From Squalus acanthias (taxonomy: Eukaryota), in assembly GCA_030390025.1 (NCBI GenBank), contig CM059430.1, positions 32,736,001-32,800,000 on the forward strand: DNA of 64,000 bases. The letters run 5' to 3'. Positions 63,176 through 64,000 of this stretch are shown one piece after another (within the stretch, counting starts at the first letter, position 1; each line of letters starts with the position of its first letter). The translations under genes and the position numbers were made by a program. Under the pieces are notes generated by a model. The model had not been told where the DNA came from. It saw only the letters and a program-made list of their open reading frames with translations, and searched no databases.

Positions 63176-63946
63176 ACATAACATAGAAGATAGGAGCAGG
63201 AGTAGGCCATTCAGCCCCTCGAGCCTGCTCCACCATTCAATGAGATCATGGCTGATCATCCAAATTCAGTACCCTGTCCCTGCCTTCTCCCCATATCCCT
63301 TGATCCCTTTAGCTTTAAGAAATATATCTAACTCCTTCTTGAATATATTTAATGAATTGGCCTCTACTGCCTTCTGTGGTAGAGAATTCCACAGGTTCAC
63401 CACTCTCTGGGTGAAGAAATTCCTCCTCATCTCAGTCCTAAATGGCTTACCCCTTATCCTTAGACTGTGACCCCTGGTTCTGGACTCCCCGGCCATCGGG
63501 AACATCCTTCCTGCATTGAGTCTGTCTAGTCCTGTTAGAATTTTATAAGTTTCAATGAGATCCCCACTCATTCTTCTAAACTCCAGCGAGTATAAGCCCA
63601 ATCGACCCAATCTCTCCTCATACGTCATTCCTGCCATCCCAGGTATCAGCCTGGTGAATCTTCGCTGCACTCCCTCCATGGCAAGAACATCCTTCCTCAG
63701 ATAAGGCGACCAAAACTGCACACAATACTCAAAGTGTGGTCTCACCAAGGCCCTGTACAACTGCAGCAAGACATCCTTGTTCCTGTACTCGAACCCTTTC
63801 GCTACGAAGGCCAACATACCATTTGCCTTCTTAACCGCCTGCTGCACCTGCATGCTTACCTTCAGCGACTGGTGCACAAGGACACCCAGGTCTCGTTGCA
63901 CTTCCCCTTCTCCCAATCTATTGCCATTCAGATAATAATCTGCTTT
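63176..63946 (-). mobile_element. CR1 3' fragment
   Basis: ORF 63266-63916; TSD ACTGTA (63170-63175, 63947-63952). Confidence 0.9.
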
Positions 63947-64000
63947 ACTGTACTTTGGTCTCCTTATTTAAGGAAGGACATACTTGCATTGGAGGCAGTT

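Larger units (their letters stand above)
60839..64000 (+). mobile_element. Second CR1 RT segment, interrupted by solo LTR C and an inverted CR1
   Basis: Restarts at EFFEDVTSR; FADD near 61147; continues after 62880 and after 63947. Confidence 0.75.

Noticed and set aside
1-64000. CRISPR arrays, rRNA, true tRNA genes, prokaryotic operons
   Set aside because: None seen; the only tRNA-like sequence is the retroelement head, which lacks a proper acceptor stem.

Overview
Vertebrate non-coding DNA, most likely a cartilaginous fish (inferred from the mix of CR1, L2, RTE, Penelope and Harbinger repeats). No host protein-coding gene could be identified with confidence. Most of the window is decayed or nested transposons: many CR1 LINEs (one near full length, 49070-60838), L2 and RTE fragments, a Penelope-like element with a hammerhead ribozyme, three small palindromic Penelope-derived elements, three long solo LTRs, a Gypsy remnant with a 124-bp LTR, and Harbinger transposase/Myb genes with many related MITEs. 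The most unusual object is a 3.2-kb minus-strand LINE (about 56379-59613). It has no ORF1, begins with a tRNA-like RNA polymerase III promoter (A and B boxes), and by my manual scan has no TTTT on its sense strand until the terminal tail. These features suggest a Pol III-transcribed, protein-coding retrotransposon. Boundaries of degenerate repeats are approximate; all alignments and counts were done by eye.
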